Program-made: the position numbers and the translations under genes
DNA from: Camelus ferus
Taxonomy: Eukaryota
Direction of reading: 5' to 3'
Assembly (NCBI RefSeq): GCF_009834535.1
Contig: NC_045707.1
Location: 45,882,001 to 45,946,000 of the forward strand
DNA length: 64,000 bases
In this document: piece after piece, positions 12,801-23,992 of the stretch
How the letters are laid out: every line of letters begins with the position of its first letter
Position numbering within the stretch: the first letter of the stretch is position 1
Notes under the pieces: model-generated
Told to the model about the DNA's origin: nothing
What the model saw: the letters and a program-made list of their open reading frames with translations, nothing else
The model's database searches: none

Positions 12801-15800
12801 TATTAAGACATGCATTTTAATACTGGTGATGGATGTGGCTGAGGCCTCACTACCTTGCTTGGTCTCACTTATGACCTGAGTCATTTAGAAAATGGCTGTT
12901 GAAAGGTTTGCAGAACCCTTTATAGCAATGATAGAAGGTAAAGATAACTTGGACACACATGAATTTTTAAAATTACTTTGAGGAGACCCCTTACCAGACG
13001 GAAGAGGTCTGTAGAATATTTGGGGCATTTTATTAGCATTTACTCACCTGTATGGCTTGATTTTTGTAGACATTAGTTGGTTATATATATACAGCTGATA
13101 TCACAGATAGTGGGTTATTCTTCCTTTAAACTTAAAAGAAAAATTTTAAGTGATAGTAGCCTGCACAGTTAGACCTGCCACTGGTGTCAATCTGCAGGCA
13201 TCATTGATACCCTATTCCAGTTCCTCAAATTGAAGTGTTCAGTCAGCCAATGTCAAGAGATCAGACAGTAGTTTCTGGTTACTCCTATTTCGATTAGTTT
13301 ATTAATTAGTTCCACCTGTGCTAGTTTTGTGTCCAGGAGTGGTGCTATGGAGGTGTCCTATCATGGAAAGTGGAAGCAAACTCTAAAAATTTGACCAAGA
13401 TATGTTTCTTTTGTAAAGTTGAGTGTATTTCATCTCAGCAATTGAAATACTAGAAAGTGATTTATAGCCAATCACATGAAATAGTAAGAGTACAATTTAC
13501 AATGCCATGTTTCTTGCCAAGTTTCTTGTGGAACTGGTCATACCAGCTGAGTGAATACCTCTGAAGTTTACCTGTTCCATGACTCAGTTCCTGAATGTAA
13601 ACACATATTCAGGAACTTAAAGGTTCTTAATCAACTGAAATAAGTTTCAGTTCTCTGTAATTTTTCACCTCTCCATGCTGAGGTAACAGTTCATACATAT
13701 AATTCTTACACATGCTCCCCTCTTCAGTCTGAACTCCACAGCATTGGCTACAGAAACTCTCTATGATCTATAGACTAGACTCAACCTAATTCCAGTCCTG
13801 TTTTGTACATCTTTCTACCCAGCCACACAAACAGGTCTTGCACTTTCAAACCTCTGCTTCCTGGCTACAGCCACTGCTCCCTTTACTCCATCGGTTCTCA
13901 AAGTGTCCTCCAGAGCAGCAACAGCACCACCTGGGAACGTACCAGAAATGCAGGTTCTTGGGCCCCTCCCAAGCTGTATGGAATCAGAAACTAACAAGCA
14001 TTCTTGGTGATTCACTTGTAGGCATACTACAGTTTAAGACCCATTGCTTTGCTTATTTGTGGTTACACAGGGGAAGTAAATTTTTCCAGTTCAGTGCTGC
14101 AAAAGTCAAAGTGTTCTCAGAAAGCTGTTTTTCTTCTTTTTAAAAAAACTTGAGGTGAAATTAATGTAACATGTAATTAACCATTTTAAAGTATATAATT
14201 CAGTGGTATTTGGCGTTTTCACAATGTTGTGTAACCAGCATATTGCTCTAATTTCAAAACCTTTTCATTACCTCATAAACACACCCTGTGTCCGTTAAGT
14301 AACCGTCCCCATTCCCCCTTCCCTCTGCCTGCTGGCAACCACGAATCTGCTCAATGTATTTGCCTCTTCTGGATGTATCATATAAAAGGAGTCATACAAT
14401 ATGTGACCTTTGTGTCTGGCTTCTTTCACTTAGCACAGTGTTTTTGAGATTCATCCAAGTTATAACATGTGTCAGCACTTTGTTTCTTTTTATGTCTGAA
14501 TAATACTGCATCGTATGTATACACTACAATTTATCCATTCATCTATCCATGGACATTTGGGTTGTTTCCACCTTTTGGATACTACAAATAACACTGCTGT
14601 AAACATTTGTGTACAGATTTCTGTGTGGCATATGTTTGCATTTGTCTTGGTTGTATACCTAGGAGTGGAATTGCTTGATCATATGGTAATTCTGTGTTTA
14701 ACTTTTTGAGGAATTTGGAAGTTGTGTTTTTATTCCAGTGACGTTCAATACATTTTTAGAAATTCCTTTTTTTTTTTTTTTAACATTTAAAAAAATTGAA
14801 GTATAGTTGATTTACAATGTAGTATTAGTTTCTGGTGTACAGCATAGTGATTCCATTATATATATATTCTTTTTAATTATTCTTTTTCATTACAGGTTAC
14901 TATAAGCCACTGCATATAGTTCTCTGTTATAGTAGTATAGAAATTCCTCTTTTGTGGAATTATGTACCCTCAGTACCCTCAGTAATGGCAGGCTATGTCT
15001 TTTGAGTTGGATTTGACTTATTTTTTTAATAGTGAAATCATTGGAAGGAAAGTTTTGTGAATCATGTGCTTAAGCTGGTTAACACCAAGTTTTTTAAAAA
15101 GATGATAGAGGACTATGTATGGCTATTCAGTATTGTGAATGTATGATTAATAAGTTAATTATAAAATATTCCTAAAGAAGAATGTACAAAATATTTTGGG
15201 CAATGACAGTAACACTTAATGTAAGTACATAGTAGTATCCCAACATAACTACATTTTAGGAGAAACCTCTTTTGAATGTAAACATTCTAATTTTTTTTTA
15301 AATTACTTGATAGTTTTATGCAAGCATGTTATTTCTGCATACAAATTTACTTGCACTTAACAGATATTTCTAATTTAACATTAGATACAAATTTTCCACT
15401 AAACAATTATCATCCTTTTCATGAAATTTATAAGAAATTAATACAATTACTACATGATTAAAGACATACTTTTAAAATTCACAGAGCCCATCTCTATTAG
15501 TTTTCTATTGCTGTGTAACAAATTATTGCTAGTGGCTTGAAACAACACACATTTATTATCTCGGGAGCTTAGATGGGAATCTCTGCAGGGCCACAATCAA
15601 GGTGTTGGCCAGTGTTGAGTTCTCATCTGAAGGCTGACTAGGGAAGGGTCTACCTTGCTCCTAGAGGATGCCCTCAGCAACTTGCCACATGGGCCTCCCC
15701 AAATGGCTGCTTCTTCAAAGCTGGCATGGTGGAAAGGCTCTAGAGCCAGCCTGCTAGCAAGACGGAGTCTGATGTAATGTTAACACACTCAGGGAAATGA

Positions 15801-18800
15801 TATCTCATCACCTTCACCATATTCCATAGGCTAGGGGCTGTCACAGGTCCTGCCCACAGGAGATGGTGCACCAGTCTGATGATCAGCAGGAAGCCACCCT
15901 GGGAGTCTGTTCATCATGTCACCAACAAGGCAGTTCCTAAACTTGGCTCTTACATCTCAATTTTTCCTATATTTAAAAAGAGAAAGAAGTTTCAACTGCT
16001 GGATTGTAGTCACTGAATACTACCTTTTACCTAGAGATTAAGACATTGTCAGCCTTTTATGAAACAAAATAGGTTTCTTTTCTTTCAGGACAAAATTTGG
16101 AGAGCAGAAACTGATCCTTAACATCACCATTAATAATAGAATTTTCTATTTACTTTTCTGTTGATATAGTTTTTAGAAGTCCAAAAATTTATTTTAGGAA
16201 CAGAGGTAAAGGTTTAAGTAATTTTCCCTAACACTCCAAAGTAAGAGGAGCAATAAACATATACAGTCCCCAAAATACAGCTTTCAAAAGGCATTTTTGA
16301 CCTTTGGAATTATGATTCATCTCATGGCAATTCAGAAAACACAGGTGTATCCACAGAGAAATACATACGTACAAGCACAGTTAAACCAGGTAAAATTCTG
16401 GAATTTCTAAAAGGAAAGGTTTTACACTCATGGTAATGGCAGTATTCAGTTTGTACGGTAGCAGACTTTGAAAATAAACAGTTTCATTCATTATTATGGT
16501 TATTGCTTTCAGCACCAAAGATCAAAAGCAATTTTATTATTTAAAATTTATTTTTTGTTTGAAAACCATTAAACTGTGTATGGGGTTTGCTTATCTAGGT
16601 ATCAGCAAACACAGAAGATTCTTCTATGAGTGGCTATTTGTACAGATCAAAGGGCAATAAAAAACCCTGGAAACACTTGTGGTTTGTCATAAAAAATAAA
16701 GTGCTATATACATATGCTGCAAGTGAGGTAAGATCTGAAATTTAAACATGAGTAATTTGGGGGTCTTGTTTTATAATGCTACTTGGAAGTAATTACAGTG
16801 TTTGCTTAATCTGTCTATGATTTTTGTTTCACTTTGCTTTTGGAGGAGGAGATGTTGTTATTTTTGACATGAACAGTGTCCTTATTTTGTACCTAAAGAG
16901 CTCTTACTTAAAAATGTTAGGAATTTTCCGTAGTATTAAAATGTAAGTTTTGGGGGTGTCATGTGACCACTGACTACTAAAGGCAGAGGTTCTTTTTCTT
17001 TTTTTTTCGGTGGGGATAGGTGGGAGGTAATTAGGTTTACTTATTTATTTATGATGGAGGTACTGGGAATTGAACCCAGGACCTTGCGAATACTAAGCAT
17101 GCGCCCTACCACTGTGCTGTACCCTTCCCCCAAGGCAGAGGTTCTTATCCTTTCTGCTAAGTTCTCTTGGATGACACTCCCTTGACTATCCCCAGGTTGT
17201 ACTGATCAGGTATCAGCATAGATAAATCGACTTTGTTCTGGGTTATAAACAATTTCTGGCTGTTGGTTCTAATACTACCCTTTTCTCCTACCTGACCATC
17301 CTTTGTTCCAGCATCCTATGAAAACCACTTCTCTAGGGTCCAAGCTCTAATTTAGTGGGACTGGGGGATATCACCTTTCTAGAGCTATATTTTCTGCATC
17401 CACAAAATGAAAGTAATGTAATTACTTACCTCTCTTGGTTATAGGGAAATAATATGAAATTCAATGGACATGAACACATTGAAAACTATCTAGCACAGTG
17501 TCTAGCTCATTGGGTAGCTGGAGTGGGGCAGCTCAATTAATACTGTTGAGTAAATGAAAAATGAATAAGTTGCTAGAATTACCATTGTTTTATCTATGTG
17601 TATAATGAAATTAAATTAGAGCTATATAGATCAAGAGTTTTCAGATCTGAATTTAAAAACCCATCTCCCTTTGTGTCTTTGTAAATTAGGACGTGGCAGC
17701 ATTGGAGAGTCAACCTTTACTAGGATTCACTGTCACTCAAGTCAAAGATGAGAATTCAGAGTCTAGAGTGTTTCAGCTACTGCACAAAAACATGTTATTT
17801 TACATATTCAAAGCAGATGATGCTCACTCAGCTCAAAAGTAAGTAATTTAGGCATATTTATCATACATAAGATTTCAAGTTGGTACTTTAAATGAGTGAT
17901 GTTTAAAATAACCTACTTTTGTGCATGAGAACAACTAAGAATTTAAATCAGAGATCCAAATTAGAAAGACTTAATGTATTATTCACACTCTTTAGAATTG
18001 TTTTAAAGATAGGAGAGAGTATCTGAAATACTTTCAGGAGGCAGAGGGGAGAAGAAAATAGGTAGTTCTGTCCAAAATATTTTGTGTGCACGTGACTCCG
18101 AGGAAGCAGCATGATGCTACTCTGCTGAAAGGAAGGGAAGCTGAGGTATTTGACCTCTCCTCCAATGAGGTTAAGAATCTTCTCTTGAAACGTTCTAGGA
18201 CTTTGGCAATCCAGTGATTCAATTGTGCCACGGAACAGCAGGAGTTTAAACAGCTGCTTGCTAACTTACTTCTTTGGGGAAAAGGTCAAACACATTAAGA
18301 GGCTCCCATGCTGTTCCCAATGACTGAGTAGAAGGAAATGGATATCATTTTAGATGAAAAAGGCTGAAACAGTCTCTTCAAAATTCCAACAAGAATATTT
18401 ATTTAGATGTCATGAGGTGGCTTAACATAGAGAAGCATATCTCTGAAATCAAGCTCCTTTCTGAACAAAACAGTTTGGTTCACCTCCCTTTCATCTGATT
18501 TTTCTTTTGGCCTCATAAAAATGTTAGTTTTTGTTTTCACTAAGAGATGCTCATGTTTTCTATTTCAACAGGCTTAAAAAGTACATGTAGATTAAAAAGA
18601 TTGATTTAAATAAGCAAGGCAGTTAGAATTAATATGCCAGAATTATGTATGTTCTTGAATATTAATCAGGTAGTGTTACAAAAATACCCTATAAGACTTT
18701 TTTTTTTTTTTGGTCTATGTTAGGATATCTAGCCATGGTTAGCTGCTCCTCCAAATAATTTCTTTTAGGTAAAAAAAAAATTTCTTTTAGGTACTGAAGA

Positions 18801-19973
18801 ATATTTTAAAATTATGACACAAGTATTTTTTTCTTTAAAATTACTTGGATAAAATAGTAATTGCCCTAATATTCTGTTAGATACTATATTTCTCATCATT
18901 TTCATCTGTATTCACCATCAAGCTGATAAGCTTTTGAATATACATCTTTTGCTTATATCATTAAATTAACAAGATAGAAATCCCTTCAAGACAGAGTTGA
19001 ATGTAGTTGGGTGAAAGGAATCAGCTTATTTGTAATTTAGAATTAATACAGGCTAAATTATGTTTCTCTTTGAGCTTATTATTATTATCATATGGGTTGC
19101 TCTATTTAAACATTACAAAATAAAAAATATGTTAATTTTAATGGGAACTTATGACTTTAACAGTCTTATAATTATGGTATAACATATGCCATTTGCATTT
19201 TAAATTTAAGTTTTTAAAATTCCGTCCTAAAAATTTGAGATAAATCTGTTATAGGCCACTTTTACTAATTAAAGTGAGTGATTTAAAATGTTCCTGGTAA
19301 GTTCAGAAGCAATTACAGTACTAGGGAGGTACAAAGAAACTACCTACAAATGTTTTTTTGAATAACAGTAGCTGTGTATGTTGTCAGATAAAACTTTCAA
19401 GACAAAAGAATTTTAGAAAGACTTCTGTGAAACTCTGAGACACTTTTATATTGCAAACAAACTTTAGATTAACTGAGCATACACCACTAGATGCTAGATT
19501 CCCTTCCATTGAAAATATTAAAACAGGTCTAGACTATAGATGCCCAAGGAATCTCAGTTTCTTAGAATTAAGGGATGAGGAGATGGGGATAGAGCTAGTG
19601 TTCCTAAAGGCAGAAAAGGGGTTGAAATAAAGGCCTTTGCAGATATATTCACTTCCAAAATCAATTAAATGGGATCATTAGGACTTCATAGAGCTCTTAC
19701 ATGAAATGGCCCCTTCCTCGTGCCTCATAGAAATAAGAGATGTACTTTTCAGGCCAAATTTGGGTCCAGATTACCAAATAAAGGGTAGTTCCATATGTAC
19801 AGAATTCTTGTTTGCTCTAGAAAAGACCTTAAATATAATGTTAGGGTAATTGGATGCACAGACACAGCTATTACCTATATTGTCTTAACATGTATTGGAT
19901 GATTGCATTTTACGAATTAACAAATTTCTCTTCTAGGTGGATAGAAGCATTTCAAGAAGGCACAATATTGTAG
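803..19973 (+). CDS. FGD6: FGD6 (FYVE, RhoGEF and PH domain-containing protein 6), partial multi-exon CDS covering the C-terminal ~386 aa; 5' exons lie upstream of the window
   Basis: Twelve GT-AG-bounded exons (1160 nt total) join in frame: [15 protein letters not shown]...[14 protein letters not shown] (PH1)...WIPD...RRHHCRACG...RVC (FYVE)...PH2...[12 protein letters not shown]. Recognised as the FGD6 C-terminus; FGD6-NR2C1 adjacency matches mammalian synteny. Confidence 0.96.
945..1016 (+). CDS. FGD6: FGD6 coding exon ([24 protein letters not shown])
   Basis: ttctgtag acceptor after an 83-nt intron; gtaagt donor at 1017. Confidence 0.93.
1726..1794 (+). CDS. FGD6: FGD6 coding exon (PH1 start: [23 protein letters not shown])
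   Basis: cag acceptor; gtaagt donor at 1795. Confidence 0.94.
2332..2415 (+). CDS. FGD6: FGD6 coding exon ([28 protein letters not shown])
   Basis: tttcag acceptor; gt donor at 2416; completes the FFLFND PH motif. Confidence 0.94.
3189..3268 (+). CDS. FGD6: FGD6 coding exon ([27 protein letters not shown])
   Basis: ccttcag acceptor; gtatat donor at 3269. Confidence 0.93.
3523..3676 (-). mobile_element. Vic-1-type tRNA-derived SINE (camelid)
   Basis: Reverse complement reads GGGTAGGGTATAGCTCAGTGGTAGAGTGCATGCTTAGCATGCACGAGGTCATGGGTTCAATCCCCAGTACCTCC (A and B boxes) plus an A-rich tail; short CTGATC flanking repeat. Confidence 0.85.
4183..4395 (-). mobile_element. MIR SINE fragment
   Basis: acttatgtagtgcttactttgtgccagg...aatcttcacaacaccc...atgcttttaacca resembles the MIR consensus. 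Confidence 0.65.
5650..6640 (-). mobile_element. L2 LINE 3' fragment
   Basis: gccaggcattgtgctaggc...gagcttacatt...ggaggcagtt...ttggggagtcatcagc, typical L2 features. Confidence 0.7.
9152..9254 (+). CDS. FGD6: FGD6 coding exon (PH1 end: [34 protein letters not shown])
   Basis: caacag acceptor; gtattg donor at 9255; phase matches the previous exon. Confidence 0.94.
9734..9880 (+). CDS. FGD6: FGD6 coding exon (FYVE N-half: [49 protein letters not shown])
   Basis: ccacag acceptor; gt donor at 9881; WxxD and RRHHCR FYVE signatures. Confidence 0.95.
10724..10826 (+). CDS. FGD6: FGD6 coding exon (FYVE C-half: [34 protein letters not shown])
   Basis: ttgcag acceptor; gtaata donor at 10827; RVC motif. 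Confidence 0.95.
11650..12210 (+). mobile_element. L2 LINE fragment
   Basis: cagtaaatcttgtcaa...catctgaattact...ttggcaaactcctactta L2-like motifs. Confidence 0.55.
12570..12697 (+). CDS. FGD6: FGD6 coding exon ([43 protein letters not shown])
   Basis: ttttag acceptor; gtaagt donor at 12698. Confidence 0.93.
13890..14047. mobile_element. MER5A-like hAT-Charlie DNA transposon remnant
   Basis: ggttctcaaagtgt...agcaccacctgggaac...agaaatgcaggttcttgggccc...gaatcagaaact...agtttaagacccattg. Confidence 0.7.
14135..14715 (-). mobile_element. L1MB-like LINE-1 3' end
   Basis: ccattttaaagtatataattcagtgg...tgtgtctggcttctttcacttagc...ggacatttgggttgtttccac...ggagtggaattgct. Confidence 0.8.
14768..14937 (-). 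mobile_element. Short cetartiodactyl-type L1 3' end with TSD
   Basis: T-tract then attgaagtatagttgatttacaatgt...tttctggtgtacagcatagtgattc; TSD TAGAAATTCCT at 14757-14767 and 14938-14948. Confidence 0.75.
15491..15920. mobile_element. MLT1-type MaLR LTR
   Basis: tattagttttctattgctgtgtaacaaatta...aaacaacacacatttattatctc...caaggtgttggcc...cacaggtcctgcccac. Confidence 0.7.
16599..16727 (+). CDS. FGD6: FGD6 coding exon (PH2: [43 protein letters not shown])
   Basis: tctag acceptor; gtaaga donor at 16728. Confidence 0.94.
16995..17131 (-). mobile_element. Vic-1-type SINE with perfect 15-bp TSD
   Basis: tRNA-like head and A-tail; TSD AAGGCAGAGGTTCTT at 16980-16994 and 17132-17146. Confidence 0.88.
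17690..17838 (+). CDS. FGD6: FGD6 coding exon ([50 protein letters not shown])
   Basis: attag acceptor; gtaagt donor at 17839. Confidence 0.94.
19937..19973 (+). CDS. FGD6: FGD6 last coding exon ([11 protein letters not shown])
   Basis: cttctag acceptor; TAG stop at 19971-19973. Confidence 0.94.
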
Positions 19974-22829
19974 CTATATTGGTCTCATCTCCTGTATGAT
20001 TCCAGAAGGGTGAAATTTCATCAGAATAGAGTAAATGCAGTGCAAAAATTTTATAAATGAACAGTGCCAAGATAAATCCAACCAAAATCTTCATCAAAGA
20101 AATTATTTTGTTAGGTATAAGGTATTTTTTTAAATGTCTGTTTTTCATATATGTTATTTATTAAACTTATGATGTTTACTAAATGGTCAGAATTATTTCT
20201 GAGAGTGACACTGAATTCTAAAGTACCTTTACTTTAGAAAACAGAAAACTTTTTTTATCTTATTACTGTATACTGTATTAACTATTTGTGACACAGTCTG
20301 TTCTGTTTTCTCAGTGTGTTTTACAGTGTTAAATTGTAATATTCTCACTAGTGGTAAATATAAAACACACATCAAGGAGCAAACTTCCATGCAGTGTTTG
20401 ATTTAGAAATTATGATTATAAAACTGCTGATGAAAAATGCATGTCTTTGAATCAGTCAATTTAGATGAAGTTTTGTATCTTTTAATGGAAAAACACATGG
20501 CCAATTTCTACCTCAGTAAACTGTGAAATTCCAGTAAATTATCTAAAATATTTCTACTGTTATGTATATCTTTTGGCATGAGATAATGTCACATCATCAA
20601 GGAATTATAGAAAAGGGATAGAATCTGAGTTTTTATTTAACTGAACTTTGAGCAGGAAAAAGGATGTTTTCATCTGTAGGGGAACACAAGTAATCAACTC
20701 TATGGCCTTTACATTAAGTCTAATCTTTTTTTTAAAGCTGCCAATTCAAAACAAACATAAATGTATTATTTCTTTAAAAAGCAAAACATGGCAAGCATTA
20801 TATTACATAATGTCCCTTGCTGCTGTAAGTATTCTGAGCCCAAGTCAGGTGGTATTTGCATCTAAAAAGAATGTTACATTTCCTCTAATATTGTGAATTA
20901 AAAAATGAACTGGAATTACCATATCACAAAAGCACAAATTCTAAAGCCAGTATTAGATGAAACTGTGTACTGTTCATTTTAATACCACTTTGTGTTATGT
21001 CTTCCCTGGTAATTAAAAAAAAGGTTTTTTTTTCTTTAATCAACTGCCAGTGTACCTCATTAGGAAGGGTTTGTATTCCTAATTCTGGTGCACGTATTGT
21101 TTAACGTATGGACAATGTAGATTAAATTGTTGATTAGCAGAGGAAAAATGAAATTAACACTATGATGAAAGCCATTCCTGATGTTGAGAATGTACATTTA
21201 TTGATTGAGCTTAAACTAAATATAAATTATCTTAAAAGGCCAGATTATCCATAAAATAGTTCATCAAAGGGCACAAGAAAATTCCTTTCTGCTTTTATAT
21301 AAAGACTTTCCTAATTCAGTATGATATTTATGGTTGCCAAGAGCAGTCCTGGGTGCCTTTCTGAAGCCTTTTGAATGTCTGTTACAGCACCAGGGTCTCT
21401 ACTAGATCTAGAGTTGGTTGCTATAGTTTTTCCGGCTGTTGTTTGCTTTGGAATCATTTTAAACCCTCACACAATCCTCACATGCTATCTCCCAAGTCTT
21501 TCTGTCACTGTAGGTAAACTAACACTTCTTTGCAGCTTATTAATTTTAACCAAGATAGCATAAATAAGGTTTCCGTGTTAAAAATCCTCCAGTTTTTAGT
21601 GTATCCTTTCTGGAGACCAAGGTTATGCCTTTTATATAAAGTGTTTCCTTCTGCTTCCTTGGGACTAGCATTTCACAAAAGAAGTTTTTTGGCATTCTTC
21701 CCTCCTGTTTTTGAGCTCTCAGCCTTCTTACTACAAGGTTTTTGGTTTAATCAGAATCTAAAAATCATCAGCCAAGGCTATTCTATCTTCCAACAGTTGA
21801 CCAAATCAAGAACCAGTTAAATACTTAAATACAAGAAACACGGCACAAACTTCTAGTAATTCCACTAATTACATGTGGAACTCATGTATGATTGTGCTAG
21901 TTATTTTTTTTAAAGCCGCCAGTTCAACACAAACATAGATGTATTATTTCTTTAAAAAGCAAAATATGGAGAGTACTGTATTACACAATGTCAGAAGAGC
22001 AGTTATAAAGCCGAGCCCAAAAGAATGCTGAAAGAAACCTAGACAAGAGATGCCACATTAAACTAGAGGAAGGCTGGCGTTCTTAGTACATGTCTCCCAC
22101 AAGTGTTCCCCCTTTATCTGTGGCAGATGTCACGTAGAGGACCCTCCAGAGTCTAGGAAAACGAGAAAGTTTATCTTTGGCATTATCCCACGTTTCTGAA
22201 CCTCCCTCCAACTTCTTTTCCCCTGTTCCCTAATGTACCCAGTATTTTCCTATTGTTCTTTGCCCAAGATAATTAATTCTCTCTTTTTCAAGTACAAGCT
22301 TGATTCTTTGACTATATGGTAGCATTTCTTAAAATGAGATCATCAGAGAAACCTTTGTTTAATGCAACGCTGTAATGAAACAACTAAGTGAAGAAGACAA
22401 CTTTAGAGTGTAGTTTTGTTAGCCAAATGTATAATTTTTTTGGTTGGTAGAAGATATCCAGAAATAGGGAAGGCCTGCTATTTAGTAATTTAGTTAAAAC
22501 ATAAATGTTATCACAGTATATGGTGATATGACTTGGAGTGTGCTTTCATTATACTCGGTTTTTGAAGTTTGAGATCCACTGTAGTCAAATGTAGTCACTG
22601 GGACTTCCAGAGAGGTAAATCTTATTTCTCTTTTAATACTGCACACTCCTTAAAGACAGATACTATATATCATATGTATTAGTTTTTCACAAAATACCTA
22701 CCCTGTAAGACAGTCTTTTAAGAGAAAATACTTGTTGAGGAAAGTAAGGACAGGATTCTTGCCATCTACACCTCAAACGCAGCCCCCAATGTGCCCTCAT
22801 TATAACTCAATCTTAGACCTACTCTTTCT

Positions 22830-23580
22830 AACATTCTGCAAGGCTGATTTGCAAGTACCTTTTGGATGTCTACATGAATCCTTCTTAAGCATTTTAAACT
22901 TAACATGACTGAAATTTAACTCAGTTTCTTTCCATTCAAATCTGTTTATTTTCTTCTGCAATGGAAAAACACCATTCTAGGCTCCAGAATCTGCCTCCGA
23001 GTATCAACAAGACCCTCTGCAAATATTCTCATATCCTCTCCGTCTTCATTGCTCTTCTGTTACTGCATCAGACCTAGCTCAAGTCCTTCTTACCTCTTCC
23101 TAATGAGTGGCATAACTTTTCTTCTAATTCCAATGCTGATTTTAAATGCTACAAGAGTCATCTTGTAAAGCATAGTTCTATTTTCATCCCTGCTCTTTAC
23201 AACCTTTATTGGCTTCCCAGTGGCTTGGCATGCAACACTTTTCCTCAGGTATCATACACTGCAGCTAACCCCAACCCAACCTTTCTCTGTTCAGTTTTCT
23301 TCTTTCTCACCTCTTCCCTCACCTCCATTTCTGCCTATTTATCCAAGACTTCTCTGTAACAGTTGATCCTAGTCCGTCTCTCCCCTGCCCTCCAGACTAG
23401 ATCTAGGCTCTCCTTCCTCTATGTTCCCATAGCCTTTAGCTCCTAAACAGACTTTCTTATGGTGCTTGTCACATTCGGTCCTTGAGGACAGCAACTGTAT
23501 CTTGTTCATCTGAGATTCTCCCTCAGCATCTGGCAGAGTGCCTTGCCTGCACTGGACACTCAGTATTTGGTGAATTAATT
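22830..23580 (+). mobile_element. L2 fragment within the FGD6 3'UTR
   Basis: ttggatgtctac...cttaacatg...ccttgaggacagcaactgtatcttgttcatc...ctcagtatttggtgaat (L2 3' end). Confidence 0.6.
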
Positions 23581-23986
23581 AAATTAATTCAAATAGATCT
23601 CTCTCTCTTTTTGAGTGCTTCTAATACACAAATATTTTGGAGCCTGTGCTACTTCTAATGTTATTTCCTAAGGGAAAATATCTAGTAGGATTTTTTTTTT
23701 TTAAGATAAAGATAGTAGTAAATTTTCAAAAAGCCTCAATATCAAATTCCCTTTTTGGGGGGGGAAGGGGGATAGAAGGGGGCAGCTTTCTCTTATGTGA
23801 GTTGGTCACAGCATGCTAAAAATCAATCTTAAAAAACTATTGTTTTTTTAAATGACAAATTTCTAGAAACACTTTTCACTTAAAGTGATAATAGTTTGTA
23901 TCTTATTGTCTATATAGAGATGTAGATCCTTTATAAATAGAGTACTAGCATTGTAAATAATGTTAATATGTATTATATTTATACAA

Positions 23987-23992
23987 AATAAA
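23987..23992 (+). terminator. FGD6 polyadenylation signal AATAAA
   Basis: AATAAA with TGTA motifs upstream and a GT-rich element downstream (ttttggtgtggtgatgtctgttt, ~24007-24029). Confidence 0.72.

Noticed and set aside
23571..23591. Perfect 10-bp palindrome TGAATTAATT-A-AATTAATTCA
   Set aside because: Low-complexity AT sequence at the decayed tail of an L2.
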